64,000 nucleotides of DNA from the human T2T-CHM13v2.0 reference genome, Homo sapiens (GCF_009914755.1 NC_060926.1); one strand, 5' to 3'; positions 13,240-27,900 are shown, counted from the stretch's first letter. Numbers and translations are program-made. The notes: a model not told the origin generated them from the sequence alone.

Positions 13240-15070
13240 TCTGGTAATGAACCATTGATGTAAAACCACTCAAGTAAATGCCAATTGTATTAATGTACAG
13301 TAGCAATGAACAATTTGAAATGAAACTAAGACAATGAGTCCATTTACAATAGCATAGAAAAAGGAGCATACTTATGAATAAACATAACAAAAGAAAGGCA
13401 AGACTTATACACTGAAAACTACAAAACCTATTGAAAGAGATCTAAAACCTAAATAAGTAGAAAAATATCCTGTGTTTATGAATTGGAAGACAATATTCCT
13501 GGGGTGACTATGTTCTTTATACTGATCTCCAGATTTACTGTAATTATTATCAAAATCCTGGTGGAATTTTTGCAGAAATTTACCTGCTGATCCTAAAATT
13601 CATATGGATATTCATGGTACCCAGAATAGTTAAGAGTCTTGATTTTAAAACTTTCTACAAAGCTATACTAATCAAGATAGGGTGTACTGGTCTCAAGACA
13701 GACAAACAGATCAATTAAATAGAATTGAGTGTCCAGAAGTAAATGCATACTTTGTGGTGAATTGATTTCTGCCAAAGGTACCAAAACAACTCAACAGGGA
13801 GGAAATGGTATTTTTTTTAAGAACTGATGATGGAATAACTGGATATCCGCATGCAAAAGGATGCAGTTGGAGTCTTCATAGAATATACAATCATTAACTG
13901 ACAATAGCTTTGAATCATTTAACTACTAAAACTATGATTACCTTAGAGGAAAACGAGTGAATATTTTTGTGACTTTGTATGTGGCGATGGTTTCTTAGAT
14001 ATGACATCTAAGGCTAAAGCAATAAAATTAAAAATAGATAAATTGGACTTTGTCAGAATTAAAAACCTTTGTATTTCAAATAGCAGTTATCAAGAAAGTG
14101 AAAGGACAACTTACAGAACGGGGTAAAATATTTGCAAATCACATATCTCATGAAGTTTAATATCTACCCCCCAGAACATATACATATGTTCTGAAGAAAT
14201 ATATATATTTCTTACTACTCAATAATAAAAGGGCAGATAACCTAATTTAAAAATGGGCAAAGAATTTGAAATAAGGTGTCTCTAAAAGATGATAGATAAA
14301 AGGTCAATTAGCATGAGAAAAGATGTTTAACATCATTAATCATTAAAAAATGCAAACGAGAACCATGTCACAACATCACGATATCTAAAATAAAAAAGAC
14401 AATAACAAGTATTGAGAGGGAGGATAATAGAGAAATTAAAATCCTCGTACAAGGTTGGTGGAAACATACAGTGATATAACCACTCTGGAGAAATAGATTG
14501 ACAGTTACTCAAGATGTTAAACATAGCATTGGCAGATGACCCAACATTTCCAATCCTAGCTATATATCCAAGAAAAATAAAAACGTATGCTCACACACGA
14601 AAAATTACACATGTATTTATTGCATCATTCCCAGTGGAAAAAAAGTTGGAAAGAAACAAAAACTCCATCCACTAAGGAACAGGTAAATAAAATGGAATAT
14701 TACTCAGTCATTAAAAAGGAATAGAATACTGATGTATGCTACAATATGGAGAAAGCTTGAAAATATTATGCTAAGTCAACCAAGTCAGACATAAAAAGCC
14801 ACATATATGATTCTAGCATATGAAATGTTCAGCATAGGCAAACCCACAGAGATAAAGAATTTGGTGGTTGCCAAAGGCTGGAAGTGGGAAGATTAGGCAA
14901 ACAAAGAGCAGCGACTCATAATGGGTATGAGGTTTCTTTGGGGGATAAGGAAAATGTTCTTGGATTAGTTATGATCGTTGTGCAACTTTGTGAATGTATT
15001 AAAAACCACTGGATTTTGCATTTAAATGGTAAATTTTGTCACATGAATTATCTTTCAGCTAAACAAAATT
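13240..15070 (+). mobile_element. L1MB-type ORF2 3' part and 3'UTR
   Basis: ccatttacaatagcat, ctgatcctaaaattcatatgg, aaaatagataaattggacttt, ggtatgaggtttctttgggggataaggaaaatgttct. Confidence 0.85.
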
Positions 15071-15419
15071 ATTGGAGAATTACCTTAAATTGTGTGTCAT
15101 TAAAGGAATAGTGTACAAGGACACATAGCAATCATTAAACCAGAAATGTAAATTATTTTTATTTTTTAAATTTTTTCTCCATGTACCCCCTAATAAAAAA
15201 TTCTGAGAAATAAATGTTCTTGGAATTACTAACTTCTGTATGAAAAGTAGGTATTAGACATATTGTCTGGTATCAGAAACATACTTCTTTTGTGAGATAG
15301 TAACTGTGAAATTTTATTAGAGTCTGTATCCTTTTCTCCTGTTAACATCAGGGAGAATGTGCTATAATTTGTGCTCACACTAAAGACCCCAGTTTTTCTA
15401 GTTAAGAGATAAGCAATGT

Positions 15420-16390
15420 CATGTTACTTGATTTATCAGCAATATTTGCCCTATTAGTTACTTGTGAAGTGGTTTTTATTTGCATTTTCACTTTCTTCAA
15501 TTGGCTTTGAGGGACCCTACTTGGTTTTCACCCTCTATTACAGGCCATTCCTTCTCAGTACCTTATGCTGGTTCCATCCCTTTTCTCTGACCTTACACTT
15601 GCATTGCTTAGGGTTCAGTCCTTGGTCCACTTATCAACTTTCCATATTTACTATATCAGTAATTATATACATTTCAGAGTTTTAAATATCATCAATGCAC
15701 TAATGGCCTTCAAATGTATACCCCCAGACCAGATCTGTCATCTGAACTCTAAGCTCATGTATGCAACTACATACTTAATAAATCATCAGACCATTTAATA
15801 GAAAATTTGGGCTTAACATGGTTAACTCATTCCTCAATTAGCATGAGAAAAGATGTTCAACACCATTAATAATTAAGAAACGCAAGTCAGAACCATGCCA
15901 CAACATCAGGATAGCTAAAATAAAAAGGACAGACAATAACAAGCATCCCCCCCAAACCCCCTCAAAACAAAACAAAACTATGTCACCCACAGGTTTTCCA
16001 AGTTATTTCATGGCTAGCTCATCTCTCTAGTCTCTCAGAACAAATCATTTGGAGTCATATTTTATGCTTCTCTTTTACATGCACCATATCTAATCTGTTA
16101 GGAAATAGTGTTGGCTCTACCTTTAAAATACATCAGAAGTGTGTCTACTTCTCACCATATTGATTGATTCCTCTCTGATTCAAGAGACCACCAACTCTCA
16201 CTATAATTTCCTCAAATGTCTCTCTACTTCTACTTATTTAATGTTCCATGCTATATTCTTACCCAGAAAAAAAGGTAATTATTTTAAAATATAAATTGGT
16301 TTACATCACTTCTCTGCTCATAACCCTCTAGTGGCTTCTTGTTTCACTCAAAAAGCTTCAGTTAGTATAAAGTCTATAAGACCCTAAATG
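15420..16390 (+). mobile_element. L2 fragment
   Basis: ctt gat tta tca gca ata ttt reads LDLSAIF (L2 RT LDLSAAF motif); ggctctacctttaaaatacatcag; catcacttctctgctcataaccctctagtggctt. Confidence 0.75.
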
Positions 16391-16579
16391 AGAGTGGGAT
16401 TGTAAGTTTTGGTTGCTATCAGTCACTTGTACAATATTAAGAAAGCTATTGTTCCCTTCTGGGTCTAAGTTATTCATGTGTAAATTCAACCGGCAGACTA
16501 CAGGATCTCAAACCTCTTTTTCAATGATAAATTTTTCAGCTTATCAAAATATTTTTCATACTTTTCATGCTCCAGCCAA

Positions 16580-17930
16580 GCAATCAGGCAATAGAAAGAA
16601 ATAAAGCGCATAAAATCAGAAAGGAAGAAGTTAAATTATCCCAATTTGCAGATAATAGGATCTTAAATATAGAAACTCCAAAGACCCCACCAAAACAACT
16701 GTTAGAATTCATAAATACATGAATTTAGCAAAGTTCCATGATACGAAATCAACATACGAAAACCAATAGTGTTCCTATACACTAAGAATTAACTATCCAA
16801 AAACTAAATCAAGAAATAATTCCATTTACAGAAGCTACAGAAAATTTAAATACTTAGGAACAAACTTAATGAAGAAGGTGAAAGATTTATACAATGAAAA
16901 CTGTAAGACATTAATACAAGAAATTGAAGAAAACAAATAAATTAAAAGATATTTTGTATTTATCGGCTGAAAAATTTAACATTGCTAAAATATCCATACA
17001 ATCCAAAGTGATCTATAGATTCAATGCAATATTTATCAAAATTCCAATGACATTTTTCACAAAAATATAAAAAACATCCTAAATTTCTTATGGAAGCACA
17101 AAAACCCTGATTAACCCAAATAATCCTGAAGTTCATTGGAACAGAGCTGGAGGTATCACACTAGCAGACTTCCAAATACACTACAAAGCTATATTAATCA
17201 AAACAGCACAATACTTGCATAAAGACAGACACTTTGAGCAATGGAACAAAATACAGAGCCCAGAAATAAATCCATGCATCTACCATCAATTGATTTTGGG
17301 AAATGACAGCCTCTTCAATAAGTGGCATTGAGAAAACTGGATATCTGTACATCTGCACATGGAAGAATGAGTTTAGAACCACATCACATCATATACAAAA
17401 TTAACTGCGCTCACAGGGAGATGATTGACATCACATGGAATTTTAAAGGAATATACACAACATTTGCGCTCACTGTAATAGCAAAAGGAGGTGGCTAAGA
17501 AATTATTACAGTAGTACAGTATGCACTGAAGTTAATTTTATGTGATTATGATTTAATACTGTCTCTTTATATTTGGTTACATATTTCTCAACCATACACT
17601 CTATAAATGTTTTTGCATATGTTTTGATAAATTCTAACTTTTTATAATAGATATATTTATATATTTATGCTAATAAATGATAAACCAGGCTAGTGGCTAC
17701 ACATATTGTATGCATTCATGACATACCTAGCTTTTTCTTAATTAAAAAAATGTTTCTACACTACATGGTTTGTCTGCAAGATTTTCAAATTGTTGCAAAT
17801 CTCCAAAACATTTTTTAATACACTATTGAAAAAAATCTGCATATAAATGAACCCATGGGGTTCGAACCCATGTTGCTCAAGGGCCACCTGTATACAAATT
17901 TTATCTGTCAATTAAAAATAGAAATTAAAT
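16580..17930 (+). mobile_element. L1MA-type ORF2 piece (16580-17405) with 3' terminus at ~17892-17930
   Basis: gaagttaaattatcccaatttgcagataatagg is the degenerate FADD region; tail tatacaaattttatctgtcaatt. Confidence 0.75.
17410..17890 (-). mobile_element. Tigger2-type (TcMar) DNA transposon fragment
   Basis: Ends in catgttgctcaagggccacctg-ta, resembling the Tigger2 TIR plus TA target. Confidence 0.7.
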
Positions 17931-19264
17931 AGCCAAACTAAATAAGCTTTTTTCATGTTTAAATTATAAAACGAAATTCTGAGAAAAATTACAAATAAAA
18001 ATGAATCAAATCATAGAAATATGGATTTTCCACTTAATATTTACAGTAACTACTACTGACATTTTTCTACACATGCTAAAAGATATTTTTTTCATTGAGG
18101 AATCATTTACATGCAATTAAATGAGTAGATCTTTAGATTACAGGTTCATGAGTTTTGAGAATTGTATACAGCCTGTCCCCACACTCTTATCAAAATGTAA
18201 GATATTCAGGCTTCCAAAAAACAGACCAAGTACCTCTTTCTTGTTAATCAATACCCTTACTCCGGAAAACACTGTTTTTATTTTGTTCACTATGGATTAG
18301 TTTTGGTTGTTTTGAAATTACAAATAAATGGAATTATACAGCCTGTACTCTTGTGTATTTGCCTTTTCTAATTTAGCATAATCCTTTTAAGAAAGTAGTA
18401 ACTGTAAAATAATGTTATAATAAAATGGGCTTCATCAAAACTGAAAACTTGCCAACAAAAGACAATAAAAATATGAATAGGCAAGTCACAGAATCACAGA
18501 AAGTATGCATAAGTATTTCTGGTAAAGGTCTTATATTCATAATGTATAAATAACTGCATCACAAATAATAAAAAGACAAATCATGAAAATTTGCTCAAAA
18601 AGCTTGAACAAGCGTTTTACAAATGAAAATATGCAAATTTTCCATGCTGTTGCATCAAATGCTGATTTATTCTTTTTTATTGCTGAATAATATTTCATTG
18701 TAGGGAAATATCACAATTTATCAGTTATTCAATTGATGGACATACTCTTTAGTGCACACATATTTTCATTTATTTGGGTATGTACGTGTGATATTCCTGG
18801 CTACAAGGCACCATAATACTCCTCCAATAAGGTATGAGTGTTCCAGGATCTATAAATTCTTAATAAAATTTGTGTTTAATCTTATTAATTTTAGACATAC
18901 TGGTAGACATGTAGTGGTATTCAATTGTAGTTTTAATTTGCATTTCCCTCATAACTAATAATATTGAGCACATTTTTATTTGTGCATAAGCCATTTGGAT
19001 ATTTTCCTTTGTAAAATGCCTGTTGAAGATTTTTGTCCGAAGTTTTCATTAGTGTGTCTTTTTGCTATTTGTGATGCAGTCAAATACATATCCAAATGGC
19101 TTATCTGTAAATAAATAAAAATGTGCTCAATATCATTATACGTAGGTCGTATGTATATATAAAACCTTTATCACAAAGTTTTATAAGTACTTTCCATGAT
19201 TCTGTGACTTACCTATTTGTATTTGTTTGTCTTTCATTTGAAAGTTTTTAGTTTTAATGAAGCC

Positions 19265-19562
<298 letters not shown>

Positions 19563-20700
19563 TGAAGCCCATTTTATTATAATATTAATTTATACTTGAT
19601 ACTTTCTAGTTGTTATATTTAAATAATCTTTGCTTTTGCCAAGGTTATGGTTAGTCTTCCTTATGTTGTTGTAGAAATCTGATTATTCTAAATGTATCAT
19701 TATATCACCTCTATGATGTATCTCTAATTGACTTTTGTAAAAGGTGTCAGGTATTTGTAGTATTAGTTAAGGTTAACATTTCTTCTTCTTCTTCATATAA
19801 GTAGTCAGTCAATTGAATACTCTGTTGAAAACCTTCCTTATAACATTGAATTTCTTTGATGCCTCAAGTTGAAAATAATTGTCTCTACAAGTATTTATTT
19901 TTGAAGTTTCTCTGTTGATTTCAAATAAGGAAAGCTTTAATTTTTTATATCCACTCTCCCTGCTTTTTATTTTATTTTCTTATTTTATTGCCAGGGCTGA
20001 GACCTCCACTACAATGTTTACTCAAGTAGTAATTGCAGATGTATTTGCCTTGTTTTTGACCTTTGGTAGTAGGAAAGTATTCCATCTTTTACTCTTAAAT
20101 ATGATGTTAGCTATGAACCTTGTATAGATGCCTTTTATTATATTTATATAGATTAGAGTTACTAGAGTGATGTCTTCTATTCCTTGTTAAGTCTTTTTCT
20201 TATTTTTATATAAATGTGTATTGAATTTCTGTCAATTTTTTTGCATCTATGAAATTATCATGTAATCCTTTTGTTACTGAATAGAGAAGACTGCAAGAAT
20301 TAATTTTCAAGTGGTAAACACATTTCTAATTTTTGGGATAAATCTCACTTGTTTATCATACATGAAAAATTTCTGGTTTTGTCAATATTTTGTTAATGAT
20401 CTTTGCCATGGATTTATGAGGAAAATTAATCTATAATTTCCTTTTCTTGTATTTTTAAGTTGGTTTTGTTACCAATGCAATATTGTCCTCATGCAATGTT
20501 TGGAGGTGCTATCTCTTATTTGTGTTAAAAAAATTTGTTTAAAATTGCTATATTTTTCTTAAATATTTGAGTGAGTGTATGAGTGTGCACACACAACTTG
20601 TAATATTGAATATGGTGTATTTATTAAACATAGAGCCATGCAGATTTTCTCTTTTGTGTCAATGTTGGTAATCTTTGTATTCAAAATATTTGCACATTTA

Positions 20701-21029
<329 letters not shown>

Positions 21030-21581
21030 TGCACATTTTACCAAAAATGTTAATTGGCATAAAATCTTTAATAAGATTCCTATATCTTTAAAGTCCATAA
21101 GATCTGCATTGTCCCGTTTTTAATCCATATTGTTATTTGTGTTTTCTTTTTTATCTTTGACCAGCTAACTAAACTCTTAACAAATTTATTAACCTTAAGC
21201 AACTTTTGTTTTTATTTTTCTTCAGGGCTTTTCTATTTTCTGTTTCACTGAGTTTCACTCATGAATTCTTTTTCTTGATTTCTTTAAATTATCTCATTTT
21301 TCTAGCTTATTAAGGTAAAAGTTTAGATCATTAAGTTTGCACTTTTCTTTTTTAGTATAAGTAATTACCACAAGAAGTTCTCTTGTAATTCTTAAATTTT
21401 GATCGGCTGTGTTTTTATTACCATTCAGTTTGACATAGCTTCTAATTCCCTTTGAAATTCTACTTTGATCCATGCTCTATCTAGTAATAGGTTAAATTTT
21501 CAATTATTTGAGAATATTCCAGATATTTGGCAGGTTTTTTTTTTTTTGTTATTTTTGTTAATTCATTTAAAGCCAAAGAGA

Positions 21582-21916
<335 letters not shown>

Positions 21917-22694
21917 TTAAAATTAGCTGAGACATATTTTATGGTTCAACATAGAGTCTAAATTGGTTAAAATTTTCTTTGAACTTGAAAACAACTAATT
22001 ATGCAATTGTGTGCAAAGTAATGTTTATAAATGCAAATTAGGTTAGGTTGGTTGTGGTGCTGTTCAAGTGTTTAATATTGTTTATTTTCTGTTGAAAATA
22101 TTACCAAGAGTGTTTAAATTGCCAACTATAATTGTCGATTTGTCTGCTTCTCTTTAGCTTTTGCTTTGCTCATACTTGCTTCATTTATTATGTTTTGCCT
22201 TCTTGATAATATGACCCTTTATCATTAGGAAATGTTACTCTTTTTCTCTGGACATAAAATGTGTCAACAAGTTTATTTTCTCTAATATCAATATAGACAC
22301 TTCAGTTATTTTCATGATAGTGCTTCTGTGATAAACTGTTTTTCATTCTTGTACATTCGACAAAACTGTATCTTCTTATTTAAGGTAAACCTCTTGAAAT
22401 AGCATATAATTCCGTTCTGCTTTTTTACACATTTTAACAATTTATTTCCTTTATCTGAAATGTTTGTTCCAATAACTTTTAGTAATTGCTGTTGAAGGTG
22501 AACTTACAGCCTCAACTTATTTGTATTTTATGTTACACTTATCATTTTTTCTACTTTTTTATCCTTATTTTTCACAATTTCTAGTACTTCCCTAATGTGG
22601 CTATTGACTCATTATGTATGCCCTTTGTGTTATATTTAGTGCTAGTTCTAGGGTTGACAAATAAGCTTCCACTTATTACCATCTCTATATATTT

Positions 22695-22967
22695 AAGACT
22701 GGGTCTCAATCTGTCACCCAGGCTGGAACACATTGGTGGCTCACTGTAGCTTCCAATTCCTGGGCTCACCTGATCCTCCCACCTCAACCTCCCAAGCAGC
22801 TGGGACTAAAGAAGCACACCATCATGCATGGCTAATTTTCTTATTTTCTGTAGAGACAGCATCTCACTATGTTGCTCAGGCTGGTCTCAAAATCCTGTGC
22901 TTATGTGATCCTCTTGCCTTGGTCTCTCAAAGTGCTGGAATTACAGGCATGAGCTTCTGTGCCTGGT
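22695..22967 (-). mobile_element. AluJ
   Basis: Diverged; gatcctcccacctcaacctcc and tctcactatgttgctcaggctgg. Confidence 0.85.
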
Positions 22968-23809
22968 TGTATATCTAAGATAAGAATTTTGCAACAGTAT
23001 ACTCTATATTCTCTCATCCATCCTGCTATTATCTTACATCTTAATTCTGTGACTTTTACAAACTTTATCATACATTGTTATTACCTTTTACACTTTAGTC
23101 TTTTAAACGAATTAAAAATGGAAATATCTTACCTATGTACATATTGACAGTTTCTAGTGCTTCTCATTCCTTTGTGTAGAATTGAGTGTTTATCCAGTAT
23201 CGTTTTACACAGTCTGAAGAATACTCTTTAATGTGTTTGGAGCTAGAGGTCTGCTGATAACCAATTTTCTTACCACTTTTTTTTTACATTTTTATTTGTA
23301 GGTTAACCTTATATTTGAAGATTATTTTCATTAGATAGATGATTCTAAGGGACAGGATGCACTGTTTCTTTTCTGTACTTTAAAGACGGCACTACTTTTT
23401 CTTTCAGCTTGAATTGCTTCTGACCAGAAATATGTCTCATTTGTCTGATTACTTTTAAGAGTGTTTAATATCAATTATCAACAATTTGATTGTGTCTTGG
23501 TATAATTCTCCTGGTATAGTTTTCTGCTTATTCTTCTTGAGGGTCTTTGAATTTGAGTTTTTTGTGTTTCATCAAAGTCTCATCAAATTTGGAACATGTT
23601 CTGCCATTACTTAATCAAATGTTTTTTGCCAGAATATATTTTTCCTTTTTTTATTTTATACTCTTTTGACATATATGTTAACCTCTTTATATTGTTTCAC
23701 AAGTCAATGAAGCAATGTTCATTTTTTATTAGTTTTTTTTTATGTGTGCTGGAGTTTAGTTCCTGTTGGTCTTTCTAATATACAGAAAGTTCCTATTGCT
23801 CTAATATGT

Positions 23810-23990
23810 AATATATAGTATCTATATTATATATAATATAGACAAAATTATCTACATTATATTATCTATATTATATATATATTATCTATATATATAATAT
23901 AGATATTATATTATAGGGCCATAATATAGATATTATATAGATAATATATATTATTTATAATATCTATATAATACCATATACTATATATAT
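23810..23990. repeat. AT-rich low-complexity palindromic tract
   Basis: tctatattatatataatataga (perfect palindrome) and related shuffled units. Confidence 0.85.
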
Positions 23991-24186
23991 AGTGCCTAAC
24001 AAAGAATTCAGTATAGCAGTTGTAAGGAAGCTTAAGAAACTTTGAGAAAGCACAGAAAAATAATTAAGAAATTTATTAAAGAAATTTAACAGAGAGATTG
24101 AAATAATATAAACCCAAGCAGAAATCCTAAAGCTGAAAAACAATCAATAAGATAAAAATGCAAGAAAGAACATTGACAGAAGAATT

Positions 24187-24926
24187 TGTTACAGTAGGTA
24201 GCTAATCAGACATGAAGCAAATTGTTACAGTAGGTAGCTAGTCAGGCATGAGCAGGGCAGGGGAGGGCTCCCCCAACCCACCCCATCAGGAATGTCAGGT
24301 GACCATCAAGTAACTGTCAGGCAGTTGTTACACTGTCTCTCTAAAATAATGATTGTTTGCAGCCAGAGCCAAGGAAAGGCAGACTCCCTATGGACAGAAA
24401 ATCCTGAAACCGGTTATCAGCAACTTCCTGAAAAGATCTCAGGAGTTTGGTGACTGGGCTCAAGCATGTGCATTAAGAGACAAAATGGTAGAGTTTAACT
24501 GTTAAATGACATATGACCTTCCAGGGACATTCCCCCAGTAAAAAGAACACCTCAAGCAAGCATGAGTAAAATTCCAGTAAATGGACTGTGCATGCTCCCC
24601 TCCCAAGCAGGCCACTGTGCATGTGGACAGTGCACCCCAAGTGAAGAATCAAGGGAGAAGGGACACAAGACCCCAGAAGTATGCCAACATGTAAAACCCC
24701 AAGACTAAAGGTCAAACCATGCACTTGTCTTTTAAATTGTCTGCCCCTCTTTCAAATGTACTTTCCTTCCTTTGTTCCAGCTGTAAAGCTTTTTAACAAA
24801 CTTTCTCTCTTGCTCTAAAACTTTCCTCGGTCTCTTCTTCTGCCTTATGCCCCTCAGTCAAATTCTTTCTTCTGAGGAGGCAAGAATGAGGTTGCTGCAG
24901 ACATATGTGGATTCACCACCCTAACA
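24187..24926 (+). mobile_element. MER50-type ERV1 5' LTR (first 36 bp tandemly duplicated)
   Basis: tgttacagtaggtagctagtcaggcatgagcagggcagg start; homologous to 28174-28888; ends ...ctaaca. Confidence 0.85.
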
Positions 24927-27900
24927 TATTTTGGTGCCATGTGACTTGGATAACTTTCACCACCAACATACTTTGGTACTGCATGACTCAGACATATTCC
25001 CTAGTGCCTCGTCTCTATGCCTCACCTTCTTCAGCTGGAGGTGTTCAATATCTGTACACGGTTTTCTTCTCCTACTTACTATCCAACCCCCAGAATAATC
25101 CCTTAGTCATAAGTGACTTGCTCCTCCCAGAAGATCTCTCAGCTTACCCTGATAGGTGACTCACAGAGGTGGGAAGGACCCTGGAATTAGAACTGAGGCA
25201 CTAATTGCTCTCCTGGACAGGAGGCTCACGAGAGTGGTAGGGCTAAAGCCTAAAATCATACAATGTCTAGGGTTTCCACTGCTTTTTCAACTAAAATCGG
25301 CTCTTTCCCAAGAACCCATACTGCCTATTCTTCTGTCTTTCTCTCTGTGTGTTCTGAAATGGCCTTGTGTACCCACCAGACTGTCCACCTCGGTGGAAAA
25401 TCTGCCTCTTTGCTTTCATTTCACATACCACATGACTTCTTAAATACACACTCCCTTTTATTTGTATGCCCATGACTTTTACTGCATTTGTGTGGAGCAA
25501 AGACATGGGCTCCCTTGCAGATATCCCTGAGATTTATATTTGTTTTTACCCTACCAGCTCAGATGACCTCCAACCCTTCACCTGTCTGCTGGTACATTGC
25601 CCAGGCAGACACTAATTGGAATTCCATCTCCGTCAGCTCCTTACCACTTAACATATGCTTTTGCTTCCTGTTATTACACAGGGCCAAGTTTTCTATTGGC
25701 TTTTGAAGTAGTTTGTTTGCCTGCATAAGGCCTCATTCTGGCCTTTTAAGGATGCCACCCTTTTTTTTTTTTTTTGAGTTAGCATACCTTTTGGATAACA
25801 AAAAATTCTTCCTTTGCCATTTGTGAACTCTTATCTCAAGCCCCAAGACCTCTGGAGGTTACTACTTTGCCCTCTCGAATCCAAGGCTGCTGTTTTTGTG
25901 AACATATGAAGGCTTTCCACGAGTATTCCTTTTCCTTCCTTCCACTTCCTCCTGTAGCCTCCATTTCTGTAATTACTTCCACGCCCTTCTCAACATGCAT
26001 CAGGACCTTCAAGGTCATATTCGAAGGGAGCTGGAGGGAAGTCCAGCCCCCTTGTGGCAGTTAGCTGAAAAACAGAATTCTCATCTACTTAAGGAATGTG
26101 GGAAATTGGAATCTGAGAAAAGAGATAATCATTTTATTGCACAAATGCTCTTGGTGAGAGTCACTCTAAAGTCTTGGAGACAAGGATATAGGCCAGCCCA
26201 AGGACACAGGTGCAAGAGACTCATTGAACAAAGATATAGGTTGGTCCCAGGCTAACAGATTACCATTAGAACAGAGATGAAACATTAGGGGTACATGGTA
26301 AGACCAGTTATTCTGGAACCCTAAGGACGAACAGGGGTCCAACGCTTCACTCCAGCATCTCATCTATTCTCAAGTGGGTAACTGTGATGAGATGGTACCA
26401 AGGGTACACAGTAAGACTGGTTTATTCCAGAACCCAAAGAATGATGGGGGATGCCCATCATGATAGTAGTCAAGTAGAGGGAAAGCTTTCTTTTACTCTT
26501 TTCCTTTTTCTGCTCTGTTCTCTCTTCACAGATGGGTAATCACATCTCCATAACATAGGACGTGCCCCTTGGATGCTTCCCCCAAAACTGGAAAAGTTTG
26601 ATTCCCCCAAACCTTACAAAACTAGTTTTCCTTTGTAATACTGTTTGGCTTAAAAATGACTTGGGAGGAAGTTACAGAAGTCAGCCTTGGGACCCAGTGC
26701 AGGAGTTCCTTGGTTAGTTAGCCTTTTCAGTCTTTTTAAGCCAACAGCAAAATAAGGAGGAGAGGGCTAAGGAAAAGGAGAAACCCAGGGAAAGGAGGCA
26801 GGCTCAACTATTGGCTGCTCTGCAAGCCCACCAGCCCCCTTTAAGTTGCCCTAAGGACACTCCTCCAGGTAAATGCCATTGGTACAGGAAGCCAGGCCAC
26901 TGCAAGGCAAACTGCGCCCCAATGGGATAAATGGGAAAACGCCTCCCATGGCTTATCCTCTCTGCCACAAGCACAGCCACTGGAAACAAGACTGCCTTGG
27001 GGGCCAAAGGGTCCCTGGGAAGAATCCCAACCCCTGACGGCCTTGGGCTGAAGGGGCTCTCTGCTCCAGCTGGTGTCCAAATCAGACATTGTCATCAATA
27101 GTACAAAGCTATGGACAACTCTGGAGGTGCGAGTAAAATTATAAATTTCCCTTTTGAGTTTAAAAGCTGCCTGCTCTGTGCTAATCTCCTTCTCTGAACA
27201 AACCTCCTCCAAATCCTGTTGAGTAATTGGGGCAAATGGCATCCCTTCCCTCCAAAAGAAATAATTCACACCCCTTTGTATTACTTAAGGGACCAATTAC
27301 CATTCTCTAATCAGTCCCTAGTATATCTAAATACCCCACACCTCTTTGGGGCAAAAATATACTTTCCAAGATGGGTGCCTCCTTAACATTTACCCAACCT
27401 CTGAATTCATCTTTCCTTCTAATAGCTCTATTTCTTTTGGGAAAGCTACCTATACATTTAACCAATAATTTCATCATGGATTTAGAAATAGCCCACACTT
27501 ATGCAGGCAAGCCCTGCAAAACTCTAACAGAGCAATCTTTTAAGGGGCGATAACTTCTACATTATATAGGTAACCTTCTCTGCTCCCTCCTCACAGGACT
27601 TGCACAGTAACATGCAGTACAAACCTTAACTTTCTAAGAGAAGGGGAAATTACTTGTTTAATTCAAAGGTTATATAGGTAAAGAGGTATTTCTGGTAAGA
27701 AAGGTTGTAAAGAAAAGAGATTTATCTTAGCAGGCATGACTACAGCCATGAGTTGCCTGGGCATGTTGGCAGCCTCAGGATTTTTTTGGAGTTGTCCTCA
27801 TCACCTTATTTTGTTTTAAGTCTTCTAATAACCTGATTTTTCTCCTTTTGCCTTCAGGCCATCAAGCTCCAGATGATTTTCAGTGAGGGATAATGTCTTC

